A stretch of DNA of 52,398 bases from an uncultured Clostridia bacterium (GTDB lineage Bacteria; Bacillota; Clostridia; TANB77; UBA1234). Below the pieces are notes generated by a model. That model was not told the DNA's origin, ran no database searches, and worked only from the letters and a program-made list of their open reading frames with translations. The position numbers and the translations under genes are program-made. Location of the stretch: positions 1-52,398 of the forward strand of contig CANQBB010000004.1 of the NCBI GenBank assembly GCA_947588905.1. Reading direction: 5' to 3'. Shown here piece after piece: positions 28,898 to 39,283 of this stretch (position 1 is the stretch's first letter; each line of letters begins with the position of its first letter).

Positions 28898-29407
28898 ATG
28901 CCAAACGCTAAAGTATTAGCTAAAAAACAAAAAGATGTTGAAGCTTTTAAAGAAAAATTTGCTAATGCAAAATTAGTAATTTTAGTTGATTACAGAGGAA
29001 TCAATGTAGAAGATATTACAAAAATCAGAGCTGAACTTAGAAAAGATCAAAATACTGAATATGTAGTAGCTAAAAACTCTATATTAAGATTTGCTGTAAA
29101 AGGTTCAGAATATGAAGATATTGCTGAAAAATTAGAAGGCCCAACAGCTGTTGTATTTAGCAATGAGGACTATGTAGGTCCTGCAAAAATATTATATGAT
29201 TATGCAAAAAATTCTGACTTCTATAAAATTAAAGGCGGAATTATGGATGGAAAAGTAATTGATGCAGAAGAAATTATCAAACTTGCAAAATTACCATCAA
29301 AAGAAATGTTACTTACTCAAGTTGCTACAGCATTGCTTGCTAATATTAGAAATGTTGCAGTTGTACTTGACCAATTAAGAATTCAAAAAGAAGAAGCAAA
29401 TGCGTAA
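28898..29407 (+). CDS. rplJ: 50S ribosomal protein L10
   Basis: VDYRGINV, VAKNSI, LEGPTA, LAKLPSKE. Confidence 0.97.
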   Translation: MPNAKVLAKKQKDVEAFKEKFANAKLVILVDYRGINVEDITKIRAELRKDQNTEYVVAKNSILRFAVKGSEYEDIAEKLEGPTAVVFSNEDYVGPAKILYDYAKNSDFYKIKGGIMDGKVIDAEEIIKLAKLPSKEMLLTQVATALLANIRNVAVVLDQLRIQKEEANA

Positions 29408-29468
29408 AAATTATAGAGAATCATGACTCTTAAAATCATGAAATAAAAATTAAAAGGAGAAATTTAAA

Positions 29469-29840
29469 ATGGAAAAAATCGAAAAGATTATAGCTGAAAT
29501 CGAAAAACTTACAGTTTTAGAATTAGCTGATTTAGTAAAAGCAATTGAAGAAAAATTTGGAGTATCTGCAGCTGCAGCAGCAGTTGTAGCAGCAGCTCCA
29601 GGAGCAGCCGCAGCAGCTGCTGAAGAAAAGAGCGAATTCAATGTTGTATTGAAGGAAGCTGGAGCAAACAAAATTGCTGTTATCAAAGTTGTTAGAGAAG
29701 CTACAGGTTTAGGATTAAAAGAAGCTAAAGATTTAGTTGATGGAGCTCCTAAGACAATCAAAGAGAACGTAGCTAAAGAAGAAGCTGAAAAACTAAAAGC
29801 TTCTTTAACAGAAGCTGGAGCAACAGTAGAACTTGCTTAG
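29469..29840 (+). CDS. rplL: 50S ribosomal protein L7/L12
   Basis: [38 protein letters not shown]. Confidence 0.98.
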   Translation: MEKIEKIIAEIEKLTVLELADLVKAIEEKFGVSAAAAAVVAAAPGAAAAAAEEKSEFNVVLKEAGANKIAVIKVVREATGLGLKEAKDLVDGAPKTIKENVAKEEAEKLKASLTEAGATVELA

Positions 29841-29858
29841 TTTATAATATATTAGAAG

Positions 29859-29887
29859 AAAAGAAGGTTATAGTACCTTCTTTTTTT
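29859..29887 (+). terminator. Rho-independent terminator after rplL
   Basis: AAAAGAAGGT..ACCTTCTTTTTTT. Confidence 0.8.
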
Positions 29888-29939
29888 ATTGCGGAAAATA
29901 TTAAATAATGTTAAACTAAATATAAAGGGGGATGATTTT

Positions 29940-30563
29940 GTGGAAAATAGTGATACTTTGAAAAGAAGTAAAGTGTTTTTTATTTGTATGTCTGTAATTA
30001 CAATAACGCTAGTAATTGTTGCATTCTTTATTCCTAAAATTATAGGTAAGCTAAGTGTAGAACAAATACAAAATGAAAAAGAAGAATATGCTATATTCTT
30101 GGGAATATTTGCGCTTTTGGGTGGAATGTTTTTAATTGTTATATTATCAGCTATTTTATTACATCTTATAATACCATGTCTGATAATGACAATTATTGGA
30201 ATAGTTATGGCGAATAAAAATAAAGAAGCAGCGATAGCTTTAAATTGGGGAAATATTGGTCTTTTAGGAATACCATATGTTATAGTGTCAGTTGCACTAA
30301 TGCTTTCTTTTTCTGTAGTACCAGCATTAGTTGGAGCTGCAATTTTAGCTGTATGGATATTGGATATAATTGCAACTGTTAAATTTGGAAAAGAACTTAA
30401 AAAATTAGAAGAGATAAAAAATGCTGATGTAAAGAGTAATAGTGAAAAAATTATTGAAGGAGAAAAAGTTGATACTCCTGATGAAAATGTTGATGTAAGT
30501 AGTAATGAGAATGTAATTGAAGAGGAAAAAACTGATACTCATGACGACAATTCTAGTTTATAG
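29940..30563 (+). CDS. Hypothetical multi-pass membrane protein (paralog 1)
   Basis: AAGGGGG RBS favours GTG 29940; several TM helices; acidic duplicated tail. Confidence 0.75.
   Translation: MENSDTLKRSKVFFICMSVITITLVIVAFFIPKIIGKLSVEQIQNEKEEYAIFLGIFALLGGMFLIVILSAILLHLIIPCLIMTIIGIVMANKNKEAAIALNWGNIGLLGIPYVIVSVALMLSFSVVPALVGAAILAVWILDIIATVKFGKELKKLEEIKNADVKSNSEKIIEGEKVDTPDENVDVSSNENVIEEEKTDTHDDNSSL
30417..30545 (+). repeat. Imperfect intragenic tandem duplication (two ~63-66 bp units)
   Basis: NADVKSNSEKIIEGEKVDTPD / NVDVSSNENVIEEEKTDTHD. Confidence 0.7.
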
Positions 30564-30632
30564 TAAAAATAAATTTTCTCTGCTTTGTTAATGATAAACA
30601 AGAATGATAAAATATTTGTATGGAGGGATTAT

Positions 30633-31121
30633 ATGGAAAAGATGGAAGAATTTAATAAAAGTAAGAAAAGATTTATTATTAACTCCTTAATAATGTTATT
30701 TGTATTGTTCGGTATAGCAGCATATATCATTTACTTAGGAACATTTGCTTATAATAGTAGGCCGGGAGTTTTTACTCTTATTACGTTCCCAGCAGGTATT
30801 TTAGTAGCAGGGTTTGGTGTATTATTGATGATTTTTGTAGTTATTAGTGCTATATTAACATTTGTGGCTATAATGATGGCAAATAAAAAGAAAAAGTCAT
30901 CAATTGTTTTGAGTTGGATAAATATAGTTTTATCAGCAATACCAGATATGATCTTGCTTTCATTTTGCATTGAAACAAAAGGTATAATGTACAAAGTTAT
31001 AGGAATTATTATCTTAGCAGTTTGGATACTTGATATAATTTCAACAGTAAAATTTGGAAAAGCTCTTAAGCAAATAACAGAAGTTAATAAAGTAGATAAT
31101 GCTGGTGCAAAAGAAAGCTAA
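30633..31121 (+). CDS. Hypothetical multi-pass membrane protein (paralog 2)
   Basis: GGAGG RBS before ATG 30633; shares ILAVWILDII.TVKFGK.LK and MANK.K..I.L.W.NI with upstream gene. Confidence 0.78.
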   Translation: MEKMEEFNKSKKRFIINSLIMLFVLFGIAAYIIYLGTFAYNSRPGVFTLITFPAGILVAGFGVLLMIFVVISAILTFVAIMMANKKKKSSIVLSWINIVLSAIPDMILLSFCIETKGIMYKVIGIIILAVWILDIISTVKFGKALKQITEVNKVDNAGAKES

Positions 31122-31278
31122 ATATACAAAAATAAAATTGCAGAGGAAAGATAAATTTCCTCTGTTTTTTTGTCAAAAATTAACTATGCAAAATTTTCCC
31201 TTTTTCATTGACTTACGTTTTGTAAAACGATAAAATTATTTTAAAGTTTTGTTGAAAGTTTTGAGGAAATGAGGAGGA

Positions 31279-32565
31279 GTGAAGTTGGATTTATTTAATA
31301 TACCAAGTGGGGAATATGATAGAGCTATGAGACCTGCGGAGAGTATAACAGTATATGAAGGTTCACGTTTCGTTAGGTTCTTTAAAGATAAATTTGCAGC
31401 AATAAAATATGGAACTAAGTCTAATCCTAAAATAAAAGGAAATTGCATTAGTTATATGGATAATATGGGTTGTTTAATTACAGAAGAAGTTACGGCTAAA
31501 GAATTAGAAACAACAGATATTCTTGAAACAATCGTAAAGAAAATTAGTGTTCCAACAAGATGGGAAGTAATAGCATCAGTTGAGGTAACAATAAAAAGAA
31601 AAAATGCGAAAGGAGAGCTTCTAGAACATACTAGAATGTTTTATCCTAGTGAGGAGGACTACAACAACAAAGAAAAAGATCCTAAAATGAAGGAGATAAT
31701 TTTCTTTGATGGAAATAAATCATATTTAAGAAAAACAATAGAGCGTTTCTTGACTGAAGATGAAATGAAGAAAAGACTTGAAATGGGAGGAATTGCAGTT
31801 AATCCTTTTGCTCCAGAAAAAGTAAAAAAAGAGATGTTTAATACAAAAACTATTTATACTGTGGACAAGTATAAAACAGATGAAGAATTACCAGATAATC
31901 TAAAGAAGTTTGGAACATCTATTGAAACAAAAGAAAAAGAAGTAAGATACATTAGTGATGAAAAAATCAAACCAGAATTTACTGATTTTAAAGAATATAT
32001 TGGACCAACAGAAATAGAAAGAGATGTTATTTTATTTAAAAATGATGAACCAAAAGCTAGAATAGAGCAAAATGATGAAATTATATTTAAAGCAGCTCGT
32101 ACGCATAAGATTAAATCAAAGATTGTTAATTATCCTGATAACTCTGGAAATTATGGAGGAGAGGGCAGAGGAACTTATGCTACTTATGATAATAAAATTT
32201 TGTTTGCAACTGGCTCTCAAGCTTTAAATGTTAAAAAATCTAAAGACGGTAAATTTGGATATGAAATAGGCGCTTCAGATAAAATGTCTGATGCTCTTGT
32301 AGAAATAAAAGGTTCTGAAATAAATATTGATGTTAAATCAAAAACGTCTAAACCTGAAGAGTTTGCTAGTGATATTTTGAAAACTTTTAAAGCTGATTGG
32401 AATGTAAAGGCTACTTCTAAAGCAAAATATGTTGTGAAAAATGAAAATATAGCTGGAGTAATAGATTGTAACAATTTAGAAACAGTTAAAAATACTGCTA
32501 GTAAACCAGCTACTAAATCTAGCAAAACGCAAAGTGCAAAAGTAAAATCAAAAAGTAAAAAATAA
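31279..32565 (+). CDS. Hypothetical lysine-rich protein
   Basis: 428-aa ORF, GAGGAG RBS, bounded by terminators; no family recognised. Confidence 0.75.
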   Translation: MKLDLFNIPSGEYDRAMRPAESITVYEGSRFVRFFKDKFAAIKYGTKSNPKIKGNCISYMDNMGCLITEEVTAKELETTDILETIVKKISVPTRWEVIASVEVTIKRKNAKGELLEHTRMFYPSEEDYNNKEKDPKMKEIIFFDGNKSYLRKTIERFLTEDEMKKRLEMGGIAVNPFAPEKVKKEMFNTKTIYTVDKYKTDEELPDNLKKFGTSIETKEKEVRYISDEKIKPEFTDFKEYIGPTEIERDVILFKNDEPKARIEQNDEIIFKAARTHKIKSKIVNYPDNSGNYGGEGRGTYATYDNKILFATGSQALNVKKSKDGKFGYEIGASDKMSDALVEIKGSEINIDVKSKTSKPEEFASDILKTFKADWNVKATSKAKYVVKNENIAGVIDCNNLETVKNTASKPATKSSKTQSAKVKSKSKK

Positions 32566-32605
32566 ATGTAAAAGGAACTGTAAACACTGCAGTTCCTTTA
32601 TTGTT

Positions 32606-32726
32606 GCTGTTTAAGTTAGTAACATTCTTTGCAAAATATGACTTTTTCTCAAGAATTCAAAAAAGTAATATTTTGCTTGAACTACCGAGAGGAAGACGAT
32701 TTTATCGTTACTGTTTAAGATTACAT
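32606..32726 (+). repeat. Palindromic intergenic element, copy A (MITE/REP-like)
   Basis: Internal IR GCAAAATATGACTTTTT/AAAAAGTAATATTTTGC; similar to reverse complement of 35421-35528. Confidence 0.7.
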
Positions 32727-32819
32727 AATACCACATATAGGGCATTTCTAAAATTCGTTTTTTCCTTGATTTTCCCTAGGTAAAATGATAAAATTTGTGT
32801 AGGTAAGGAGTGATAAAAA

Positions 32820-35384
32820 TTGGAACAATTGACACCTATGATGCAGCAATATATGGCAGTAAAAAATGAGTATAAAGATTGTATTTTATTTTATAGATTA
32901 GGCGACTTTTATGAAATGTTTTTTGATGATGCAATTACTGCATCTCGTGAGCTTGAAATAACATTAACAGGAAAAGATTGTGGACAAAAAGAAAGAGCTC
33001 CTATGTGCGGAGTTCCATACCATAGTGTTCAAGGTTATATTGCAAAACTTATTTCTAAAGGTTATAAAGTGGCTATTGGAGAGCAAATGGAAGATCCAGC
33101 CACGGCCAAAGGTATTGTTAAAAGAGATGTTGTTAGGGTAATCACTCCTGGAACTGTTATAGAATCAAACATATTGGATGAAAAGAAGAATAATTACTTA
33201 GCAAGTATTTATAAAAAAGGAATGAATTATGGTCTTGCATATTCAGATGTGTCAACAGGTGAGTTTTATACTACTGAATTTTCTGAAAGCAATAATCTTC
33301 CTAAAGTAATAAACGAATTAGGTAGATTTGAACCAGCAGAAATAGTAGTAAATAGTGAAATGTATGGAGATACTTATGCTATAAATTCTATAAACCAAAA
33401 ATTTCATACTTACATAACTAAAAGAGATGAGGAAGAAGAGCTAACTAATATAGATGGTATGGCTAAACTTGCTAAAATACCTTATGCTGAAGATGCCACA
33501 AAATTATTGTTTAGTTATATTAAAGATACGCAAAAAATAGAGCTAAAGCATATTAACAAGGTAAATACATATAGTGCAACTAATTATATGACTCTAGATA
33601 ATATCGCAAGAAAAAATCTAGAGCTTACAGAAACTATCAGAGAAAAAAATAAAAAGGGTAGTTTGCTTTGGGTTTTAGATAAAACTTCAACTTCTATGGG
33701 AGGAAGAAAATTAAGACGTTGGATAGAAAGACCTCTTATGGATATTGATGAAATAAATAATAGACTTGAAGCAGTTAAAGAACTTAAAGAAAATATAATT
33801 TTACGTTCAGATATAACTGAAAATTTAAAAAAGGTTTATGACATAGAAAGATTAGCAGGAAAAATTGCTTATGGTAATGTTAATGCTAGAGATATGATTT
33901 CTCTTAAAAATTCTTTAAAACAATTACCTGAATTGAAATCATTACTTGCAAATTCAAAATCTAATTTGTTAAAAGAATTATATAATCAATTAGATGAATT
34001 AAAAGATGTTGCAGATTTAATAGAGTCGGCCATAGTAGAGGAACCACCGATTTCTGTTAAAGAAGGTGGAATAATAAAATCTAGTTATGATGAAGAAGTA
34101 AACAAACTTAGAACTGCATCAACTGAAGGTAAAAACTGGATTATCAATTTAGAGAAAAAAGAAAGAGAAGAGACTGGAATTAAAAACTTGAAAGTAGGAT
34201 ATAACAAGGTTTTTGGCTATTATATAGAAGTTTCAAAATCTAATGTTAATAGTGTGCCAGATAGGTTTGTTAGAAAACAAACTCTTACAAATGGCGAAAG
34301 ATATATTACAGATGAATTAAAAGAAATCGAAAGTACAATTCTTGGAGCACAAGATAAAGTTGTTAATTTGGAGTATGAAATTTTTACAAATATTAGAGAT
34401 AAAATTTCTATGCAAATTGAAAGACTACAAAATAGCAGTAATAGTGTTGCAACTATTGATACCTTGTGTTCATTTGCAGAAGTTGCTGATAACAATTCAT
34501 ATGTTATGCCAGAAGTAAATGACTCAGATGTTATAGAAATAAAAGATGGTAGACACCCAGTTGTAGAATGTTTAATGCCATCAGGAAATTTTGTACCCAA
34601 TGATACATTTTTAAGTACAGGAGAAGATAGAGTTAATATTATTACTGGACCTAATATGGCTGGTAAATCAACATATATGAGACAAGTTGCACAAATAGTT
34701 TTAATGGCTCAAATAGGAAGTTTTGTACCGGCTAGTTATGCTAAAATTGGAATTGTTGATAGAATTTTTACAAGGGTTGGAGCTTCAGATGACTTATCTA
34801 CAGGACAATCTACGTTTATGGTTGAGATGAACGAAGTATCAAATATAGTTTTAAATGCTACTAAAAAAAGCTTATTGATTCTTGATGAAATAGGTAGAGG
34901 GACTTCAACTTTTGATGGACTTTCAATAGCTTGGGCTGTTGTTGAATATATTGCAAAAGCTGAAAAAATAGGAGCAAGAACTTTATTTGCGACACATTAT
35001 CATGAATTAACAGAACTTGAAAATAAAATAGATGGTGTAAAAAATTATTGTATTGCAGTAAAAGAAAAAGGAGAAGATGTAATCTTTTTAAGAAAAATAA
35101 TTCGTGGTGGAGCAGATGAAAGTTACGGTATATATGTTGCAAAACTTGCAGGTATACCAAATGTAATTGTAAATAGAGCAAATGAAATTCTTAATAACTT
35201 AAAAGAGGGCAGTTACATTGCAAATCAAGTTAAAGAAAACAAAGTATCAAATAATGCACCACAAGTTGATTTGTTTAATTATAAACTTGGAGAGATATGT
35301 TCAGAATTAGAAAAAATAAATATAAATGAATTAACTCCTATTGATGCATTAAATACATTAGTAAAAATGAAGAATAAACTTTAA
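32820..35384 (+). CDS. mutS: DNA mismatch repair protein MutS
   Basis: TPMMQQY, FYRLGDFYEMF, ITGPNMAGKSTYMRQ, STFMVEM, DEIGRGTST, FATHYHEL. Confidence 0.98.
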   Translation: MEQLTPMMQQYMAVKNEYKDCILFYRLGDFYEMFFDDAITASRELEITLTGKDCGQKERAPMCGVPYHSVQGYIAKLISKGYKVAIGEQMEDPATAKGIVKRDVVRVITPGTVIESNILDEKKNNYLASIYKKGMNYGLAYSDVSTGEFYTTEFSESNNLPKVINELGRFEPAEIVVNSEMYGDTYAINSINQKFHTYITKRDEEEELTNIDGMAKLAKIPYAEDATKLLFSYIKDTQKIELKHINKVNTYSATNYMTLDNIARKNLELTETIREKNKKGSLLWVLDKTSTSMGGRKLRRWIERPLMDIDEINNRLEAVKELKENIILRSDITENLKKVYDIERLAGKIAYGNVNARDMISLKNSLKQLPELKSLLANSKSNLLKELYNQLDELKDVADLIESAIVEEPPISVKEGGIIKSSYDEEVNKLRTASTEGKNWIINLEKKEREETGIKNLKVGYNKVFGYYIEVSKSNVNSVPDRFVRKQTLTNGERYITDELKEIESTILGAQDKVVNLEYEIFTNIRDKISMQIERLQNSSNSVATIDTLCSFAEVADNNSYVMPEVNDSDVIEIKDGRHPVVECLMPSGNFVPNDTFLSTGEDRVNIITGPNMAGKSTYMRQVAQIVLMAQIGSFVPASYAKIGIVDRIFTRVGASDDLSTGQSTFMVEMNEVSNIVLNATKKSLLILDEIGRGTSTFDGLSIAWAVVEYIAKAEKIGARTLFATHYHELTELENKIDGVKNYCIAVKEKGEDVIFLRKIIRGGADESYGIYVAKLAGIPNVIVNRANEILNNLKEGSYIANQVKENKVSNNAPQVDLFNYKLGEICSELEKININELTPIDALNTLVKMKNKL

Positions 35385-35420
35385 AAGTACAAATGAATAA
35401 TTTAGTCATTATATATTAAA

Positions 35421-35528
35421 ATGTAATTACAGTTATGTCTTTTTCATAGCAGTCCAGCAAAATATTACTTTTTTGAATACCTGAAAAAAAGTAATATTTT
35501 GCCCAAAATTGCTACTTGCTTAAACAGC
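35421..35528 (-). repeat. Palindromic intergenic element, copy B (inverted relative to copy A)
   Basis: Internal IR GCAAAATATTACTTTTTT/AAAAAAGTAATATTTTGC; enclosed by perfect 15-bp outer IR ATAATTTAGTCATTA (35397-35411) / TAATGACTAAATTAT (35531-35545). Confidence 0.7.
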
Positions 35529-35563
35529 TGTAATGACTAAATTATATTTATTAGGAGGATGTT

Positions 35564-36382
35564 ATGGAACTTAGTGTTAATTATATGGAAGAAGTAAAAG
35601 AGCTTTATGAAGAGGGCAAAATTGATTTTGTAGATTACTTTAAACTTTTTAGTATAAATGGAGATTTATCTCCTTTTGACTGGTGTGCAGAAAGAAAAAA
35701 AGTTTTATTTCATGGAATGACAGGAGATGGTTCAAACATTGCTAGAAAAGATTTTTTAGAAAATAGAGATTATGACCTTCAGAAAAGATATTTTGAAAAA
35801 TCTAGAGTGCCATATATTTCTTTTCATATTTCAGCAGGTTCAAATTATGAATTAGAAAATGAAGAAGATACTATTAAAACTATAAAAAGAAATGTTGAAG
35901 GAATTAGAAAAATTTTTGATTATGATATATTACTAGAAAATTCACCAGTTAGAAAAGGTAATACACCATATTACTTTATATCAAGACCTGAATTTATAAA
36001 AAGAGTTATAGAAGAAACAAACACATACTTTTTGTTAGATATTTCACATGCAAGGGCAGCAGCATATTCATTAGATATACCATACCAAGAGTATATTGAT
36101 GCTCTACCACTTGAAAAAATTAGAGAAATACATTTGTCTGGCTGTGTAAAAAATAAAGCTGGAGATGTTATAGCAAATCATTCTAAAATGAATGAGGAAG
36201 ACTTTGAAATATTAAATTATTTATTAGAAAAAAGCAAATCAATTCAAGTATTAACATTAGAAATGGGACCTTATGATCCTGATACAGATGAAACAATTCC
36301 TGCTTATGGAAAAATTGTTCCAGAACTAAAGCAAGAAGTTTATGAAAATTTAATTAGGTTAAAAGAAATAATGGGAAAATAA
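35564..36382 (+). CDS. DUF692 family protein (MbnB/TglH/ChrH-like multinuclear non-heme iron enzyme fold)
   Basis: H, SFH, ILLEN, PEFI..V..T..FLLDISHA, LPLEKIREIHLSG, NH, TLE motif order. Confidence 0.8.
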   Translation: MELSVNYMEEVKELYEEGKIDFVDYFKLFSINGDLSPFDWCAERKKVLFHGMTGDGSNIARKDFLENRDYDLQKRYFEKSRVPYISFHISAGSNYELENEEDTIKTIKRNVEGIRKIFDYDILLENSPVRKGNTPYYFISRPEFIKRVIEETNTYFLLDISHARAAAYSLDIPYQEYIDALPLEKIREIHLSGCVKNKAGDVIANHSKMNEEDFEILNYLLEKSKSIQVLTLEMGPYDPDTDETIPAYGKIVPELKQEVYENLIRLKEIMGK

Positions 36383-36394
36383 AAGGAGGCTTTT

Positions 36395-38332
36395 ATGGGT
36401 AGCATTGTTTTATTAGATGAATTAACAATCAATCAAATTGCAGCAGGAGAGGTTATAGAAAGACCTGCAAATGTTGTTAAAGAATTAGTTGAAAATTCAA
36501 TTGATGCAGGGGCAACTTCTATAAGTGTTGAAGTAGAAAATGGAGGAATATCTTTAATTAGAATTACCGATAATGGTAAAGGAATTGCAGAAGATGATGT
36601 TGAGATTGCATTTGAAAGACATGCTACGAGTAAAATAAGAAGTGCAGCCGACTTAACTAAAATTTCAACAATGGGTTTTAGAGGTGAGGCATTAGCAAGT
36701 ATAGCTGCTATTGCAAAAGTCGAAGTAATTACTAAAACCAAAGATAGTGAAATTGGAACTAAGATAGTTGTTGAAGGTGGAGACATTATATCTAAAGAAG
36801 AATGTGGTGCACCACAAGGCACGACAATTACAGTTAGAGAATTATTTTATAATACGCCAGTAAGATATAAATTTTTAAAGAAAGACTTTACAGAAGGAGG
36901 ATATATTGAAACTGCATTAGAAAAAATTGCTCTTATAAATCCTAATATTTCATTTAGATTATTAAATAATAAAAAACAAGTTTTACAAACTAGTGGAAAT
37001 GGAGATATGCAAACAGTAGTGTTTAATATATTTGGAAAAGATATATCTCAAAACTTAGTTAATGTAGATTTTGAATATGAAGGAATACACGTAACTGGAG
37101 TGGCAGGAAAACCTGAAATAGCAAGGTCTAATAGAAGTAATCAATTGTTCTATGTAAATGGTAGAAACATTAAAGATAAAACATTATCGGCAGCAACAGA
37201 AGAAGCATACAGGACATTAGTACATCAAGGTAAATTTGGATTCTGTATAATAAATTTAACTATGAATCCAGAAATGGTTGATGTTAATGTTCATCCTGCA
37301 AAGCTAGAAGTTAGATTCGTTGAAGAGGGAAAAGTTTTTAAAGCAGTATTACATGCATTAAAAAACGCACTTCTAGGAAACGATTTAACAATTGAATCTT
37401 CTGCAGACAATAAACCACTTGAAAGAGAAGAAACACCTGCAGTTATTCCTTCTTCTAAAAAAGGTTTATTTGAAATATATAGAGGTGGCAAAGATAAAAC
37501 ATTTAATAGCTTTAGTAAAAGTGAAAAAGTAAATGAACCAAAAGCTGAATATGTAGTAGAGAAACAAGAAGATAAAATTAAAAATATAGATAAAGAAATA
37601 AAACCAGAAGAAAAGCAAGAAACAAAACAAGAAGAGATAAAAGAAGAAACGAAAGTAACTAATCAAACGGTTGAAGAAAATAAAGTTCAAGAAACTATGC
37701 ATAAAAAACCTATGGAAAAATTTTATGAGCAAGACTTTATAGAAAAAGTTATGATACCAGAATATAAAGTTTTAGGGGTTGCATTTAATACATATATCTT
37801 GCTTCAACTAGATAATGATATATACATATTAGATCAACATGCAGCACATGAGAGAGTTCTTTATGAAAAAGTAAAAAAGAATTTTTATAAAGAAGGTGGA
37901 AATGAATCTCAAATGTTATTATTACCAGACGTTCTTGAATTATCTAAAAAAGATATGAGAATGGTTATAGATAATAAAAAACTTTTTAAACAGTCTGGCT
38001 TTGAGATAGAGGAGTTTGGAGAAAATACTATAAAAATAATTGGAGTACCAGTTGTTTGCTATGAAATGGACACTAAATCTTTATTTATGGATATTATTGA
38101 TGGACTAGATATTACTAATAGAACGAATAAACAAGACATAGAGGAAAAATTTATTTCAACAGTCGCATGCAAGGCTGCAATAAAAGCTAATATGTATATA
38201 GATGAAAGAGAGATAAGAGGATTACTAGATGAATTACTACAACTTGAAAATCCTTTTACATGTCCTCATGGAAGACCTACTGCTATTAGAATTACAAAAA
38301 ATGAAATCGAGAAAAAATTTGGGAGAAGATAA
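36395..38332 (+). CDS. mutL: DNA mismatch repair protein MutL
   Basis: NQIAAGEVIERP, VKELVENSIDAG, GFRGEALASI, DQHAAHER, ACKAAIK, CPHGRP. Confidence 0.98.
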   Translation: MGSIVLLDELTINQIAAGEVIERPANVVKELVENSIDAGATSISVEVENGGISLIRITDNGKGIAEDDVEIAFERHATSKIRSAADLTKISTMGFRGEALASIAAIAKVEVITKTKDSEIGTKIVVEGGDIISKEECGAPQGTTITVRELFYNTPVRYKFLKKDFTEGGYIETALEKIALINPNISFRLLNNKKQVLQTSGNGDMQTVVFNIFGKDISQNLVNVDFEYEGIHVTGVAGKPEIARSNRSNQLFYVNGRNIKDKTLSAATEEAYRTLVHQGKFGFCIINLTMNPEMVDVNVHPAKLEVRFVEEGKVFKAVLHALKNALLGNDLTIESSADNKPLEREETPAVIPSSKKGLFEIYRGGKDKTFNSFSKSEKVNEPKAEYVVEKQEDKIKNIDKEIKPEEKQETKQEEIKEETKVTNQTVEENKVQETMHKKPMEKFYEQDFIEKVMIPEYKVLGVAFNTYILLQLDNDIYILDQHAAHERVLYEKVKKNFYKEGGNESQMLLLPDVLELSKKDMRMVIDNKKLFKQSGFEIEEFGENTIKIIGVPVVCYEMDTKSLFMDIIDGLDITNRTNKQDIEEKFISTVACKAAIKANMYIDEREIRGLLDELLQLENPFTCPHGRPTAIRITKNEIEKKFGRR

Positions 38333-38335
38333 AAT

Positions 38336-39241
38336 ATGAAAGCTAAAGTTGTTGTTATTGTTGGACCTACAGCATCAGGAAAAACAGCTGTTTCAATAGA
38401 ACTTGCAAAGCGAATCAATGGAGAAATTATTTCTGCTGATTCTATGCAAATATATAAATATATGAATATAGGAACAGCAAAACCAACAAAAGAAGAAATG
38501 TCTGGAATAAAACATTATCTATTAGATGTTGTTCTTCCAAACGAAATATTTAATGTCGCAAAGTATAAAGACTTGGCAGAAAAGGCAATAGAAGAAATAC
38601 TTGAAAAGGGTAAAACTCCAATTATTGTTGGAGGTACAGGATTATATATAAATACATTAGTAAATGGAATTGAATTTGAAAATATAGAAGAAGATGTAGA
38701 ATACAGAAATTATCTTATTGAAAAAGCTCAAAAAGAAGGAGCTGAATCATTGCATGAAGAACTAAAAAAGATAGACCCAGTTTCTGCAGAAAATATTGAT
38801 AAAAATAATATTAGACGAGTTGCAAGAGCACTTGAAATATACAAAGTTACTGGTAGAACAAAAACAGAATTGGACAAGGCATCTCAAAAAGAAGTTAAAT
38901 ATGATTATAGAATGTTTGGACTAAACTGGGAAAGAGAAAAACTTTATTCAAGAATTGATTTGAGAGTAGATAAGATGCTTGAAGAGGGGTTAATCGACGA
39001 AGTAAAAGATATTACAGAAAAATTTGAAATATCAAGAACAGCACTTCAAGGACTTGGATATAAAGAAGTAATAGATTATTTAAATGGCAATTTAACGTAT
39101 GATGAAATGGTAGAAAAATTAAAATTAGAAACTAGACATTATGCAAAAAGACAATTAACATGGTTTAGAAGAGATAGTAGAATAACATGGCTTGAACCAC
39201 AAAATGCTGTAGAAGAGATTATTAAATCTATAAAGGAATAG
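38336..39241 (+). CDS. miaA: tRNA dimethylallyltransferase
   Basis: GPTASGKT, ISADSMQIY, VGGTGLY, LGYKE, TRHYAKRQLTWF. Confidence 0.97.
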   Translation: MKAKVVVIVGPTASGKTAVSIELAKRINGEIISADSMQIYKYMNIGTAKPTKEEMSGIKHYLLDVVLPNEIFNVAKYKDLAEKAIEEILEKGKTPIIVGGTGLYINTLVNGIEFENIEEDVEYRNYLIEKAQKEGAESLHEELKKIDPVSAENIDKNNIRRVARALEIYKVTGRTKTELDKASQKEVKYDYRMFGLNWEREKLYSRIDLRVDKMLEEGLIDEVKDITEKFEISRTALQGLGYKEVIDYLNGNLTYDEMVEKLKLETRHYAKRQLTWFRRDSRITWLEPQNAVEEIIKSIKE

Positions 39242-39283
39242 AAGTGAAAACATATCTAAAGCCTTTAGAAAGGAATTAAAAAA

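Noticed and set aside
29889-29939. In-frame CGG at codon 2 of the track ORF 29889
   Set aside because: The TTG start abuts the rplL terminator and has no RBS; the probable start is GTG 29940, so this CGG is non-coding.
32601-32783. 60-aa + strand ORF upstream of mutS
   Set aside because: No RBS, atypical composition, and it coincides with the palindromic repeat element.
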